Positions 1 to 10,259 of a stretch of 64,000 nucleotides of DNA are shown here, piece after piece. Both the position numbers and the translations under genes were made by a program. The DNA is from a virus. The notes under the pieces are model-generated. The model saw nothing but the letters and a program-made list of their open reading frames with translations, did no database searches and was not told where the DNA came from. Location: positions 32,980 through 96,979 of the IMG/VR virus record IMGVR_UViG_3300025418_001265; one strand, written 5' to 3'. Position 1 is the stretch's first letter. Every line of letters starts with the position of its first letter.

Positions 1-1371
1 ATTAGGATCAATAGCCGATGCACCCTGAGCATATAAGAACTGATTGTAGTCTGTAGTGTTGGTTGGAAAGATTCTCTTTCTCTTAGCTGGACTGTTAATA
101 TCGTACTGATACAATACCGGTACAATTAGTCCCTGATTACTATAACCAGACAACACCCCTGTACTATTTGTTACATTAGCCGATAACAATAAACAGCTTG
201 TAAATGTTTTGTTAGTCTCATCGTACCAATTGCCACCGTAATATGGTTTAGCGAAATCTGCTACTGTAATACCTGTCAATGATAACGATGAAAGTAAACG
301 AGTTGAAACATTTTGGTGATAATCTAACTCAGTAAAGTCTACTTCAAAGTTATTAATATTAACAGTACTATAATCAAAAGTAATCTTTTCGAATAAAGTA
401 TAACCGTTCAGTTCTATTACTAAAGTATCAAAAAATACTTCAAAGTTTTTAATGCTGTTAGAAATTAACTGATTGTATATACTTGGCTCATTTATATGCT
501 TATTAAAAATAGCAGATAATGCAGAAGTTGCAGGTGTTACAGTACCATCTACTGTTTTTACCCATAACTCTCCAGCCGTATTGTTCATATTATATACTGT
601 ACGACCACTACCAGGTACTGCCTTGTATAAAGCATATTGATTACCATACACATCGCTATGCCAGGAATAAAGCTCTTTACCATTAGAAATAAGCAAACTC
701 TTTACCCTAGAATCAATATCAAAATACTTTAACCAATCTTCTTCTGTAAATTTATTTGTAGTTAACCAAATGTTTTTCTTGTCACCTGTCCAAAATTCGT
801 AATCATTACCTACTGTTATAACTCCGTTGTTATCAGTTTTAGTAGTTTCATAATTAGATTGATACGGGATAAATTTCTGATACGTACTGGTATCGATTAC
901 CTGTCCATCATAAGCTGTACCCGTGCTAGTGGCTTTTAACCAATTTAAATTCTGTAAATGAGTAATGACATCATCTTGATCATTCTTAGTTAAACCACGT
1001 CCTTTATTGAATATAGTAGGATCTATGTACTTGTATATTGCACCAGGTGCAATTGCATTTATGTTTATATATGGTGTTAAGTTTTTAGCTAGATAAACTG
1101 AAGCACCTACATTGTTAGGTGTAAAATAGCCTAATTCTGCTTTTGTTAATATGTTATCACCGCTTTGCGGTATTGTTGCAACAGTTGGATAGTAACGATT
1201 AGCTAAATTACCCCAGGGTGCCAATGGAGATACTTCTGCCCCTACATAACCTGTATTTGTACCAGATAATACATATTCTTTATTACCAAGATACTTTTCA
1301 GTTAAAGTTACAAGCTGAGCGTTTATTTGTTCAGCAGTAGTATTAGCATCGACTTGATTTGCTGATAACAT
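1..1371 (-). CDS. Large virion/baseplate-type structural protein, 3'-partial (runs off window start; not in ORF track)
   Basis: ATG at 1371-1369 overlaps the TAA of the upstream fibre gene (TAATG). Open frame MLSANQVDANTTAEQINAQLVTLTEKYLG... continues without a stop to position 1 (457 codons). Rich in N/T/Y. Confidence 0.8.
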   Translation of the reverse strand, partial: MLSANQVDANTTAEQINAQLVTLTEKYLGNKEYVLSGTNTGYVGAEVSPLAPWGNLANRYYPTVATIPQSGDNILTKAELGYFTPNNVGASVYLAKNLTPYININAIAPGAIYKYIDPTIFNKGRGLTKNDQDDVITHLQNLNWLKATSTGTAYDGQVIDTSTYQKFIPYQSNYETTKTDNNGVITVGNDYEFWTGDKKNIWLTTNKFTEEDWLKYFDIDSRVKSLLISNGKELYSWHSDVYGNQYALYKAVPGSGRTVYNMNNTAGELWVKTVDGTVTPATSALSAIFNKHINEPSIYNQLISNSIKNFEVFFDTLVIELNGYTLFEKITFDYSTVNINNFEVDFTELDYHQNVSTRLLSSLSLTGITVADFAKPYYGGNWYDETNKTFTSCLLLSANVTNSTGVLSGYSNQGLIVPVLYQYDINSPAKRKRIFPTNTTDYNQFLYAQGASAIDPN

Positions 1372-4253
1372 TATAATATAGATGATAAGGATTGCTTCAA
1401 TGTATATACTTCTGTTCTAAGTTCTTTTACAGCCTCAATAAGCACCGCTGTTAAGCGAGTATAATCAATACCTACGCATTCTTCTCCAACGCTTGTTGCA
1501 CTAGTTGATACTACATAAGGTAATATAGGTAATACATCTTCTGCAATAAGACCGATTTGATTAGTAGCACTAGTATCTATTGTACTATCATATGCTACAC
1601 CTGATAAAGAGTAAACCGTATTTAAAGAATTACCAATTAAACTGTTTAATGGTCGTATATTAGTTTTATATTTTCTAGATGATGTTGTATTGTACGATAC
1701 AGCTGTAACATTACCTGTACCGTCTACATAGAAGTTATTACCACCAGCATATACTGTGTGGCCGCCTATGCCTAGATAAACATCATTATAGAAACCTGCA
1801 ACAGCATTAGCTATAAGCCCGCCATTTAATGTAAATGCACCACCACCAATAGTACCTGACGAACCATTTATATAACCACTACCATCAATACCGTATCCAG
1901 TAGATGCAATTGCAAAACCTCCAGGATTAGCGTTTACCCCTGCAAAGTTTACATATGAATTAGTGTTTAAGGTTTGATTAGCACCGGGGCCAGCAGATCC
2001 TTGAGCGCCTTGAGCACCTTGGCTACCAGTACCACCAGAACCACCTGAAGAACCTTGAGCGCCTTGTGCACCGGTACCAGTAGCACCTTGTGCGCCTTGT
2101 GCACCGGTTGAACCTTTTGCACCTTGTGCTCCCTGAGCGCCAGATCCAGTAGCTCCTTGAGCGCCTTGTGGACCGGTACCACCAGTACCGCCTGTTGCAC
2201 CTTGAGCACCTTGCGGTCCAATACTACCGGTTGAACCTTTTGTACCTTGCGCACCTGTTGCACCTTGTGCGCCTTGCACTCCCGTAGAACCAGTTGCACC
2301 AGAGTAACCGGAATAACCTTGCGCTCCTGTGTTACCTGTTGAACCTTGAGCGCCGGTTGCACCTTGTGCACCGTTTATACCGGAATAACCGGATGGGCCT
2401 TGCGCTCCTGTGTTACCTGTTGAACCTTGAGCTCCAGTAGCTCCTTGCGCGCCTGTAGCTCCTTGTGCACCATTTACACCAGAATAACCGGAATAACCTT
2501 GTGAGCCTGCAGCACCCTGCGAACCCTGTGAACCTGTTGAACCTTGCGCTCCGGTAGCTCCTTGCGCGCCTGTCGAACCTTGACTACCGACCACTCCAGA
2601 GTAACCGGAATAACCTTGAGCGCCTTGTGCACCGGTAGAACCAGTTGCGCCTGTTGCTCCTTGAGAACCAGTAGCGCCTTGAGTACCGGCAGTACCTTGT
2701 GCGCCTTGAGGGCCTGTAAAACCGCTTATACCAGAAAAACCAGAATAACCAGAAGTGCCTTGATTACCAGTAAACCCTTGGTTACCTATAGAACCTTGTG
2801 CTCCTTGAGCACCTTGAGTACCAACAGTACCTGAGTAACCAGAATAGCCTTGAGAACCTGTAGCCCCTTGTGCGCCAGATGCACCTTGATAACCTATTAC
2901 ACCCTGAGCACCTAAACCACCCTGTGCACCGGTATTGCCTTGTGCACCAGTAGCGCCTTGAGCACCTTGAGCTCCTTGCGGGCCCGTGCCTTGCGGGCCG
3001 GTAGAGCCTTGAGCTCCTTGAGAACCTGTAGCTCCAGAATAACCAGAGTAACCTTGCGCGCCTTGTGGGCTGCCAGCTGCACCTTGCGGTCCTTGACCGC
3101 CTAAAATACCTTGTGCGCCTTGGGCGCCTTGAAAGCCTGAAAAACCAGATACGCCGCTGAAGCCGGTATAACCGCTTATACCGGTAGAGCCTTGAGCTCC
3201 CTGATTGCCTTGAAAACCATTAGAACCTTGTGCACCTTGTACGCCTGCAGAACCTGTAGAACCTTGTGCTCCTTGAGCACCCGTGGCCCCCTGAGCGCCT
3301 ATGCTACCAATACTACCTTGTGCACCTACTGATCCACTAAAACCAGAATAACCAGAAATACCAGAAGTACCTTGAGTACCAATAGCTCCCTGTGCACCTT
3401 GGGGTCCAGATGGACTACCTGCAGGTCCTTGGGGTCCTGGAGAACCACTATAACCACTATAACCAGAAATACCACTAAAACCACTAAAGCTACTATAGCC
3501 GCTATAACCAGAGATACCAGATTGACCGGATAAACCTATACCACTAAAACCTGATACACCACTAAAGCCCGATGCACCAGACAAGCCAGAATAACCTGAA
3601 GTACTAATACCACTATAACCGGATATACCACTAAAACCTGAACTACCGGTATCTCCTTTAATTTTACCTACATTAGTAAACCCATATAAACTACCAGGTG
3701 CAGATGAATTTGAATAAACCCATAAATCACCTGTATCCTCTGCAACAATACCGTCTCCTAAAGTAGGTGTTGGATCGATACCTGAGAAACCAGAAACTGA
3801 AGCTGTAGCAACAGAACCGATAATAGTTACTGATGTACCGTTTTTACCGGAAATACCAGACCAACCAGAAATACCGGACCAGCCTGAAGTACCTTGAGCG
3901 CCTTGCGCGCCATTTGAACCACTAAAACCAGAAAAACCTTGAGCGCCTTGAGCACCTGTTGCGCCTTGTGCTCCAGTACCACCCTGAGCACCTTGTGCAC
4001 CGTTAATACCATTGGTTCCGTTAGTACCATTAACCCCAGAGTAACCTGAATAACCTAAACCTTGAGGTCCTTGTGGTCCAGTAGCGCCACTATAGCCAGA
4101 ATAGCCTGAATAACCAGAATAACCTGACGTACCACCAGGAGCACCTTGTGAACCTGTAATACCTGGAAAACCAGAAAAACCACTAAAACCGGAATAACCT
4201 GAAGCAGCTGCTGCAGGTATCATTTGAATTTGATTGACAGTAGTTAGTGCCAT
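1371..4253 (-). CDS. Collagen-like (GAQ and SGY/SGF repeat) tail fibre with C-terminal S74 intramolecular chaperone
   Basis: Long Gly-X-Y runs; C-terminal YNTTSSRKYKTNI...QIGLIAEDV...IDYTRLTAVLIEAVKEL S74 signature. Confidence 0.85.
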   Translation of the reverse strand: MALTTVNQIQMIPAAAASGYSGFSGFSGFPGITGSQGAPGGTSGYSGYSGYSGYSGATGPQGPQGLGYSGYSGVNGTNGTNGINGAQGAQGGTGAQGATGAQGAQGFSGFSGSNGAQGAQGTSGWSGISGWSGISGKNGTSVTIIGSVATASVSGFSGIDPTPTLGDGIVAEDTGDLWVYSNSSAPGSLYGFTNVGKIKGDTGSSGFSGISGYSGISTSGYSGLSGASGFSGVSGFSGIGLSGQSGISGYSGYSSFSGFSGISGYSGYSGSPGPQGPAGSPSGPQGAQGAIGTQGTSGISGYSGFSGSVGAQGSIGSIGAQGATGAQGAQGSTGSAGVQGAQGSNGFQGNQGAQGSTGISGYTGFSGVSGFSGFQGAQGAQGILGGQGPQGAAGSPQGAQGYSGYSGATGSQGAQGSTGPQGTGPQGAQGAQGATGAQGNTGAQGGLGAQGVIGYQGASGAQGATGSQGYSGYSGTVGTQGAQGAQGSIGNQGFTGNQGTSGYSGFSGISGFTGPQGAQGTAGTQGATGSQGATGATGSTGAQGAQGYSGYSGVVGSQGSTGAQGATGAQGSTGSQGSQGAAGSQGYSGYSGVNGAQGATGAQGATGAQGSTGNTGAQGPSGYSGINGAQGATGAQGSTGNTGAQGYSGYSGATGSTGVQGAQGATGAQGTKGSTGSIGPQGAQGATGGTGGTGPQGAQGATGSGAQGAQGAKGSTGAQGAQGATGTGAQGAQGSSGGSGGTGSQGAQGAQGSAGPGANQTLNTNSYVNFAGVNANPGGFAIASTGYGIDGSGYINGSSGTIGGGAFTLNGGLIANAVAGFYNDVYLGIGGHTVYAGGNNFYVDGTGNVTAVSYNTTSSRKYKTNIRPLNSLIGNSLNTVYSLSGVAYDSTIDTSATNQIGLIAEDVLPILPYVVSTSATSVGEECVGIDYTRLTAVLIEAVKELRTEVYTLKQSLSSIL

Positions 4254-4254
4254 A

Positions 4255-5283
4255 TTATGAAGTTGGAGCTACAATGACTATTTCTGCACCAGCAGGCGGT
4301 ATACCTGAAAATTGTATTTGACTGTTTTGTACGCTAATTATATAAGCAGCTCCAGGTGTTTGTAACAAACCATCTATTGAAACTCTATACAAAGAGGCAT
4401 CAGTTTTGGTAATACCAGTTAAGGTAAATGTGGAACTAGCTCCATCTCCGGTATATACATATACATTGCTCATTGCTGTGTTATTACTTATAGTTGTGCC
4501 TACGAAACCAGAAACTCCGTAGCAAGGATTTAAGGTGTTTGCAGATTGCAAAGCACTTAATATTAAACCTAACAAATACTCAGAAGGCACTGCATATAAT
4601 GATGTTTCATAATCACTTGCACTAAAGCCTTCCGAAAACGTTGTGTATTGGTTAATATCTACGCTAGGGTCCCGATCAAAGTAATTAGCTGTATCGTACA
4701 GTTCTTCAATTTCTACACTAAAAGTATCCGTTATATCACTTAGTTTAGGAAGATACTGTAATAGATTACCGTTTGTAACAATTAAACCGGTATTGCCGGA
4801 ATCAGTTCTTTGGGTAAAAACACTGAGGATATAAGAGTAAAATAAACTCTCTAAATAACCATTAGTACCTAATAAGTTATATTTTAACTTGGAATAAACT
4901 ATGTTGCTCCTACGTTCAGCTAGGTAACGTGATACGTCTTTTAGTTTACGGGCATAGTATGTAACAGCTGCCTGTAAGTCTAAGTCATCGCTATAATTGA
5001 TAGCACTAAAAAATTGTTGTTCTTCAGGGTTACGAGTTGATAATCCAAGCTGTTTTAAGAAGTCTACATATAAACTCTTAACATACAAAAACATAGCGCC
5101 TGGAGTATTGGCCCTATTTTTATACCATTCTTTTAAGTACTTGTTATACTGCTCAATTTGAGCTTTATTATCTATATTAGTATTATTAGCTTTCCATTCC
5201 TGAAAACTGTACGGATTTCCTGTATCTGTTTCAGTAGTAAGAGTGGTGGGTTTAGCTAAAGACTGTATGTTGATAACAGGCAT
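4255..5283 (-). CDS. Virion structural protein with C-terminal TGDG...VSIDGLLQTPG beta-sandwich module
   Basis: 342-aa ORF; TAAGTA motif 6 nt upstream; C-terminal module typical of phage baseplate/fibre-attachment proteins. Confidence 0.6.
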   Translation of the reverse strand: MPVINIQSLAKPTTLTTETDTGNPYSFQEWKANNTNIDNKAQIEQYNKYLKEWYKNRANTPGAMFLYVKSLYVDFLKQLGLSTRNPEEQQFFSAINYSDDLDLQAAVTYYARKLKDVSRYLAERRSNIVYSKLKYNLLGTNGYLESLFYSYILSVFTQRTDSGNTGLIVTNGNLLQYLPKLSDITDTFSVEIEELYDTANYFDRDPSVDINQYTTFSEGFSASDYETSLYAVPSEYLLGLILSALQSANTLNPCYGVSGFVGTTISNNTAMSNVYVYTGDGASSTFTLTGITKTDASLYRVSIDGLLQTPGAAYIISVQNSQIQFSGIPPAGAEIVIVAPTS

Positions 5284-5311
5284 TAGTAATACTTACAGGC
5301 AGAGTATGATT

Positions 5312-5545
5312 TTACCATTTTCCTGCAGGGCATTTTGATGCTTCTAGTCTTACTTTTAGGTTCATCATACAACCGCATTTATTGCATATGCCGTGATCTG
5401 TAAGCTCTGGACAACCAGCACATATACCTATACGGCTTAATTGCTTGTTATCTTCAGCTAAAACAGCGCCTTGCTGTCTATACACTCTTACAGCATTGAT
5501 AATAGTTTCGGTAAGATTAAATGCGCTTGTTTTAAGTGTAGCCAC
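5312..5545 (-). CDS. Small Cys-rich metal-binding protein (DUF6171-like)
   Basis: RxxICxxC...CxxCGC...K...CPxGKW pattern; GTG start. Confidence 0.65.
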   Translation of the reverse strand: MATLKTSAFNLTETIINAVRVYRQQGAVLAEDNKQLSRIGICAGCPELTDHGICNKCGCMMNLKVRLEASKCPAGKW

Positions 5546-5558
5546 ACTTTAACTTACT

Positions 5559-6632
5559 TTACAGTCCTAATTTTGCATTAAGAGCAGCAACCTGAGCCTG
5601 TAATGTCTTTACAGCTTCAACAAGTACCACTACAACACGGCTGTAATCGATACTTCTTGGATTACCGTCTGCAATTTGTACAACTGAAGGTAATACTGGG
5701 TAAACGTCTTCAGCTAAGAAACCAATTTCATTAGTTAAACTTGGATATGTAATGCTATCGTAGGTTACACCTGATAATTGTGAAATTACCAATGAAGCAT
5801 TAATTGAATTGTTTAATGGCTGAATGTTGGTCTTAACTGCACGTGTTGAAGTCGAGTTAAACGATGTTGCGTCGAATTCACCGGCAGATGTTAAAAATGC
5901 TAATGTTGTACCAGGGACGTTAGCCTGGAAGAATGTAACAACAGCATTATTTGCTGTAGCACCACCTGTACCGCCCCAAACTACTAATGTATTAACTGCA
6001 GCTGAAAGAGCCTGTGTATTAGCAGTACCGTTCGGTCCTACCTGATGGCTTATTGCAGAAATGTTACCACCGTTAGTAATATTAACGTTACCAGCAACCT
6101 GTAAAGGAGCGTTAGAAGTACCGCCAGTATTAATACCGATATAACCGGTTGTTGGGTTCTGGAAAATATTAGCAGCACTTAATGAACTTGCACCTATAAA
6201 TACTGCTAAAGCTCCGGAAGTGCCTGTACCAGCAAATGCACCAGAGAAGCCTGAATAACCAGAAGCACCTTGCGCGCCTGTAGAACCAGTAGCACCTTGA
6301 GCGCCTGCTGTACCTGTTGCACCTTGATTACCTTGAAAACCTTGAGCACCTTGTGCACCAGTTGCACCTGTAGCACCCTGAGCGCCGTTAGTACCGTTTG
6401 TACCTGAAAAACCTGAAGTACCAGTTGCGCCTTGAGCGCCAGCTGCACCCTGCGCGCCTTGAGCACCATTTGAACCAGTAGATCCTTTAACACCAGAGTA
6501 ACCAGAAATACCTTGAGCTCCTTGTGTTCCGGTAGCGCCTTGTGCGCCAGTTAAACCTGTAGCGCCTTGAGCTCCCTGAGCGCCGTAGCCTGAATATCCT
6601 GAATATGCGTTTGCTGGATTAAAATATGCCAT
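5559..6632 (-). CDS. Short collagen-like fibre with S74 chaperone
   Basis: GAQGAT repeats; [13 protein letters not shown]...IGFLAEDV...[15 protein letters not shown]. Confidence 0.85.
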   Translation of the reverse strand: MAYFNPANAYSGYSGYGAQGAQGATGLTGAQGATGTQGAQGISGYSGVKGSTGSNGAQGAQGAAGAQGATGTSGFSGTNGTNGAQGATGATGAQGAQGFQGNQGATGTAGAQGATGSTGAQGASGYSGFSGAFAGTGTSGALAVFIGASSLSAANIFQNPTTGYIGINTGGTSNAPLQVAGNVNITNGGNISAISHQVGPNGTANTQALSAAVNTLVVWGGTGGATANNAVVTFFQANVPGTTLAFLTSAGEFDATSFNSTSTRAVKTNIQPLNNSINASLVISQLSGVTYDSITYPSLTNEIGFLAEDVYPVLPSVVQIADGNPRSIDYSRVVVVLVEAVKTLQAQVAALNAKLGL

Positions 6633-6715
6633 AGTAGTATTGGTTGTTAATTATTTAGTAAAAAATACTACAGTTTATATGGGTTTTGAGTTAAAAATAA
6701 ACGGATATGTCAAAA

Positions 6716-6848
6716 CTAAAAAACAGAAGCAAATCCACCTTCAAAACCGTGAGAATGTTGTTGCGCTCCAAACTTTCTAATATAACGTAAACCAAATTCA
6801 GCTTTTTCTGTTAACTCATATGCAAATCCAACTTTATAAGTTTTTCAT
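6716..6848 (-). pseudogene. Remnant of an outer-membrane beta-barrel (porin) gene: only the start and last ~3 strands remain
   Basis: ATG AAA AAC TTA TAA overlaps the permease TGA (ATGA). In the permease frame, 6844-6716 reads KTYKVGFAYELTEKAEFGLRYIRKFGAQQHSHGFEGGFASVF-TAG: alternating amphipathic strands with a terminal Phe. Confidence 0.6.
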
Positions 6849-7912
6849 TTAATAAAAGTAAAAATAGCTGCAGTTAATAAAAGTAAAAATGCCCAGGTAC
6901 CTAATGCTTTATAATATGTGGATAGAGGGGTACCAAAGTAACGTTTACCAATCATAACACATTCGTGCATTGGAGTTAAAAGATAACCACAATAATCTAA
7001 TGCAAAAAACCATAGTAGATACTGTCTACCGAATACTGTTGTAGCTAATACTGTTAGTGCAGCAAACTTACCGTCACTACCCATACTAAAGCTAGCAGCA
7101 AATAGTAACATACTAATAATGTACATACCACTAAACGTGTGCGGATTTAATCCCCAGCTTCTTATAGCGTATTCAATCCAGACTCTGTGCTCTTGCATAT
7201 AACCAGAAGTAAAAAATATAACACCGATTAATGCAATAGTAGTCCAGTTAACATAACTACTAATCTTTTTCCAACTATATGTCTTAGTAATATATAGATA
7301 ATAAGCTAGTAGAGCACCGAAGATAGGAAACACTAACTCTGGGCCTTCTCCTCCAAGTAGCATATACGTAAGAACAGCAGCAATAAACGGTATTACGTTT
7401 TTGATAAAATTACCAGCGCCAAGATTTTCTTGAGGTGTAATCTCTATTTCGTCTTCTTTAATAACAAAGAATAAATAGTAAAAAATAAATGCAGCACTAA
7501 CAGCTATCAACGGCCATAACATTTTTAACCATACTGCATATGTAATACCAAACGCAGCCATTGGTAGTATTACTGGTTTCTCAATAGGAGACCACATATA
7601 ATAGTGATGGGTGGTAAGGAAGTCGATAGGTCCAAGTTTTTGACGTGCTTTTACATCTTTCTCCTTTGAAGCTGTTGCTGTATCTAATATACCTGCACTA
7701 ACTGTACTTCTACCTTCTAGGGGCAATATACCACTAATAAGACTAATAACAGCAATAACTAACTTGTTACTTTTAAGTTTAAATTTTAACCATCCATACG
7801 TACACCCGAATAGGTTATGCTCTTTGGCAATACCCGCTACTACCATAATAGTAAAGAGTACAAAGAGATAGATTTCGTCTCCGAGATAAAAACGGTCTAA
7901 AAAGACACTCAT
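6845..7912 (-). CDS. Multi-pass inner-membrane permease (ion-transporter/CitMHS-like)
   Basis: About 10 hydrophobic segments; GILPLEGRSTVSAG and THHYYMWSPIEK motifs; C-terminal LTPMHEC. Confidence 0.65.
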   Translation of the reverse strand: MSVFLDRFYLGDEIYLFVLFTIMVVAGIAKEHNLFGCTYGWLKFKLKSNKLVIAVISLISGILPLEGRSTVSAGILDTATASKEKDVKARQKLGPIDFLTTHHYYMWSPIEKPVILPMAAFGITYAVWLKMLWPLIAVSAAFIFYYLFFVIKEDEIEITPQENLGAGNFIKNVIPFIAAVLTYMLLGGEGPELVFPIFGALLAYYLYITKTYSWKKISSYVNWTTIALIGVIFFTSGYMQEHRVWIEYAIRSWGLNPHTFSGMYIISMLLFAASFSMGSDGKFAALTVLATTVFGRQYLLWFFALDYCGYLLTPMHECVMIGKRYFGTPLSTYYKALGTWAFLLLLTAAIFTFIK

Positions 7913-7926
7913 AGCTATATTTTATA

Positions 7927-9561
7927 TTATTTCTTTACAATAGCCAGGTAAAAACCATTCCACCACATATCAGGATCTTCTAAATCATTTAATAATATCT
8001 TATCGTATATTACTTCTAAACTAGCATCAGCAATACCGCGTTTAGCACCATTAACTACCCCATCAAAATTTGCATCATCAAATATAAGAACAGCTTCATC
8101 TACTAGCTTATCTGCAAAGTACATTATAGCTTGATAGTTAGCTTCTTCACTATGATCTGCATCATAAAAGAAAAAGTCTATATTACCAATATCAGATTTT
8201 TCGACTTGTAAGAAGTGACTGTTAAATACCTTTAAAGTATTATTACCTTTATACTTTTTAGCATTCTCAATAAACTTTTCTTTCGAAGATTCAAGATCTA
8301 CCTTACCATTAGCAGATTTGGTTTGTTCTTGCCAATGATCGACTGCATATGCCTTGAGATTATTATCTTTAATGGTAGCGCAAAATGTACCACCATTTAA
8401 CACACCTACTTCGAGGTAACCTGTCGATATTTTACCAATACCGTTCAATAGCTGTTTCATTTTGTCTGAAGTAATACCCTCTACAGTATCACCTATCGGT
8501 TGGTTAACAGTGTCTATTAGTAACTGAGTTACCTTTTCAACTTTCTTATTGTTTTTATTACCCTTGGCTCTCCATACTTTTGTACAGTAATCACAATCCC
8601 AACAGTTAAACTTACACGTCTTAATCTTTTGACGCCAAGTGTTTATAGGTTTTTCTATTAAGTTCGTGTCTTCTATATAAGGCTCGAAACCACTGAACAG
8701 TATTTCTTCTTTATTGGCAAACCTACGAATAATGTCCATTGTCTCATTAAGACGGTTACTATTCTCTCTACCGTGCATTTTAATCGTATCAATACCTAGC
8801 TCTAAAAACTCTAACCAATCTTCTCTCCAAGGTGGAAAGTTAGCATTAGTTAACTGTACAGCTGAATCTTGAGTCTGCCATTTAGGGCAACTAACTCTAC
8901 TAATAGGATCTGTAAAGTACTGATTGCCTGTTGTTCTAGTATTATTAAAGTGGTAATGCTCATCCATTACAGGGCACCCGCCTACACAACCTTCATTAGC
9001 TAATAAAGATAGCTTGATACCGTATTTGTCTTTAACTCTTTTTATCTCTCTAAGTCTATCGTGATCTCTCATAAGAACACGATCAAGGTTAACATAGTTG
9101 AACCCGGCCTGAGCTAAAGCAGCTACTTCTCTTGGTTCTTTAACCGCTCTTAAAATAGTGTTCTTAACAAATAGTTCTGGAAAGTTATGTTTAACCTGTT
9201 TAGTTAACATCCAGTGTGTATGGGGTAGGGTACAAGACCTTATACCAGCATCATATAAAGGTTTAAAGTTTTTTATCCAAGTCTCTAAGTTCTTTTGACT
9301 AGCTCGTACTGATATATTATTAAATGTAGCAGATACAGTTATACCTGTTTCTTTTTGTACATATAAAGCTGTTTCAATAGCAAACTGATGTGCATCTTTT
9401 TGTACAAACACATCACCCATTGCATCTTGCAAGAAAGGATCAATACGACAAGTAAAATATATGTCGTATATATAATCTTTATACTCTTTACAGAACTCTA
9501 AAAACGTGTAGAACTGTTGTTCTGTAAGCTTAGGGTTAAGAGGTATACTAAATATCTTCAC
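7927..9561 (-). CDS. Peptidase U32-family Fe-S protein fused to a class I SAM methyltransferase (Methyltransf_24-like)
   Basis: LDRVLMRD, LLANEGCVGGCP, IKMHGRE and CKFNCWDCDYC in the N-terminal part; YLEVGVLNGGT, AVDHW, FFYDADH and LIFDD in the C-terminal part. Confidence 0.8.
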   Translation of the reverse strand: MKIFSIPLNPKLTEQQFYTFLEFCKEYKDYIYDIYFTCRIDPFLQDAMGDVFVQKDAHQFAIETALYVQKETGITVSATFNNISVRASQKNLETWIKNFKPLYDAGIRSCTLPHTHWMLTKQVKHNFPELFVKNTILRAVKEPREVAALAQAGFNYVNLDRVLMRDHDRLREIKRVKDKYGIKLSLLANEGCVGGCPVMDEHYHFNNTRTTGNQYFTDPISRVSCPKWQTQDSAVQLTNANFPPWREDWLEFLELGIDTIKMHGRENSNRLNETMDIIRRFANKEEILFSGFEPYIEDTNLIEKPINTWRQKIKTCKFNCWDCDYCTKVWRAKGNKNNKKVEKVTQLLIDTVNQPIGDTVEGITSDKMKQLLNGIGKISTGYLEVGVLNGGTFCATIKDNNLKAYAVDHWQEQTKSANGKVDLESSKEKFIENAKKYKGNNTLKVFNSHFLQVEKSDIGNIDFFFYDADHSEEANYQAIMYFADKLVDEAVLIFDDANFDGVVNGAKRGIADASLEVIYDKILLNDLEDPDMWWNGFYLAIVKK

Positions 9562-10258
9562 TCTTGGTCTTGGCTTCGATCTTTAACTGATCTTTAGCAA
9601 CATCATCAATATAAGCTAAATCGGTTCCTTTTGAACCTATTAACTGCTTCATTGTTGCTTGACCAATAGCATCGATACCTTTACCTAACACGCCGTTGTA
9701 TTTAATAGCTAACTGAAGTGTTTCTTTAACATCTGTTAAAGGCATCATTAAAATCGAATCTAAGTTACCTTGACCGATACGACCGATAGTATTTAAGTCC
9801 ATTGCAGCCTGTTTAGCCATTCTTGTAATCCAGTACTCGCGTTCTAGCTCTTCATTGTTGTCTTTATATTTCTCTAAACTCTGCATATCTGGACACATTG
9901 ATCTTACCATATCAGAAAACATATCAATTTCATTTTGACACATTTTCTCTTTCTTGTCATACATATGAATGTCCCAAACTGCTTGCTCTAAGTCTACCTG
10001 TAATATTTGTTTTTTAAGATCATCAAACTCATTATCGATATCTCTTTGTAACATTTGTTTTTCGATAATACGCTTTTTACGCTGACGTTGAACCTGTTTT
10101 AACATACCGTTACGATTGTCAATCTCTAATAAAGCTTGACGCACTCTGCGGTAATCTGTTACCTGAGAATTTACAACAAAATAACGAGCCTGAAAATCGG
10201 ACATACCGATAGAGTTTTCGTTTTCATCGACAAATTTAATAATATCTTCGTTTTCCAT
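9548..10258 (-). CDS. Coiled-coil hypothetical protein of the U32 module
   Basis: MSDFQARYFVVNSQVTDYRRVRQALLE...EREYWITRMAKQA; start moved to ATG 10258, adjacent to the upstream stop. Confidence 0.7.
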   Translation of the reverse strand: MENEDIIKFVDENENSIGMSDFQARYFVVNSQVTDYRRVRQALLEIDNRNGMLKQVQRQRKKRIIEKQMLQRDIDNEFDDLKKQILQVDLEQAVWDIHMYDKKEKMCQNEIDMFSDMVRSMCPDMQSLEKYKDNNEELEREYWITRMAKQAAMDLNTIGRIGQGNLDSILMMPLTDVKETLQLAIKYNGVLGKGIDAIGQATMKQLIGSKGTDLAYIDDVAKDQLKIEAKTKSEDI

Positions 10259-10259
10259 A

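Noticed and set aside
6706-6790. 27-aa plus-strand ORF MSKLKNRSK...
   Set aside because: Better explained as antisense to the porin remnant
7927-9561. U32 as a collagenase that processes the neighbouring collagen-like fibres
   Set aside because: The collagenase label is a historical annotation; the Cys motifs fit Fe-S chemistry, and four fibres already have S74 self-cleaving domains
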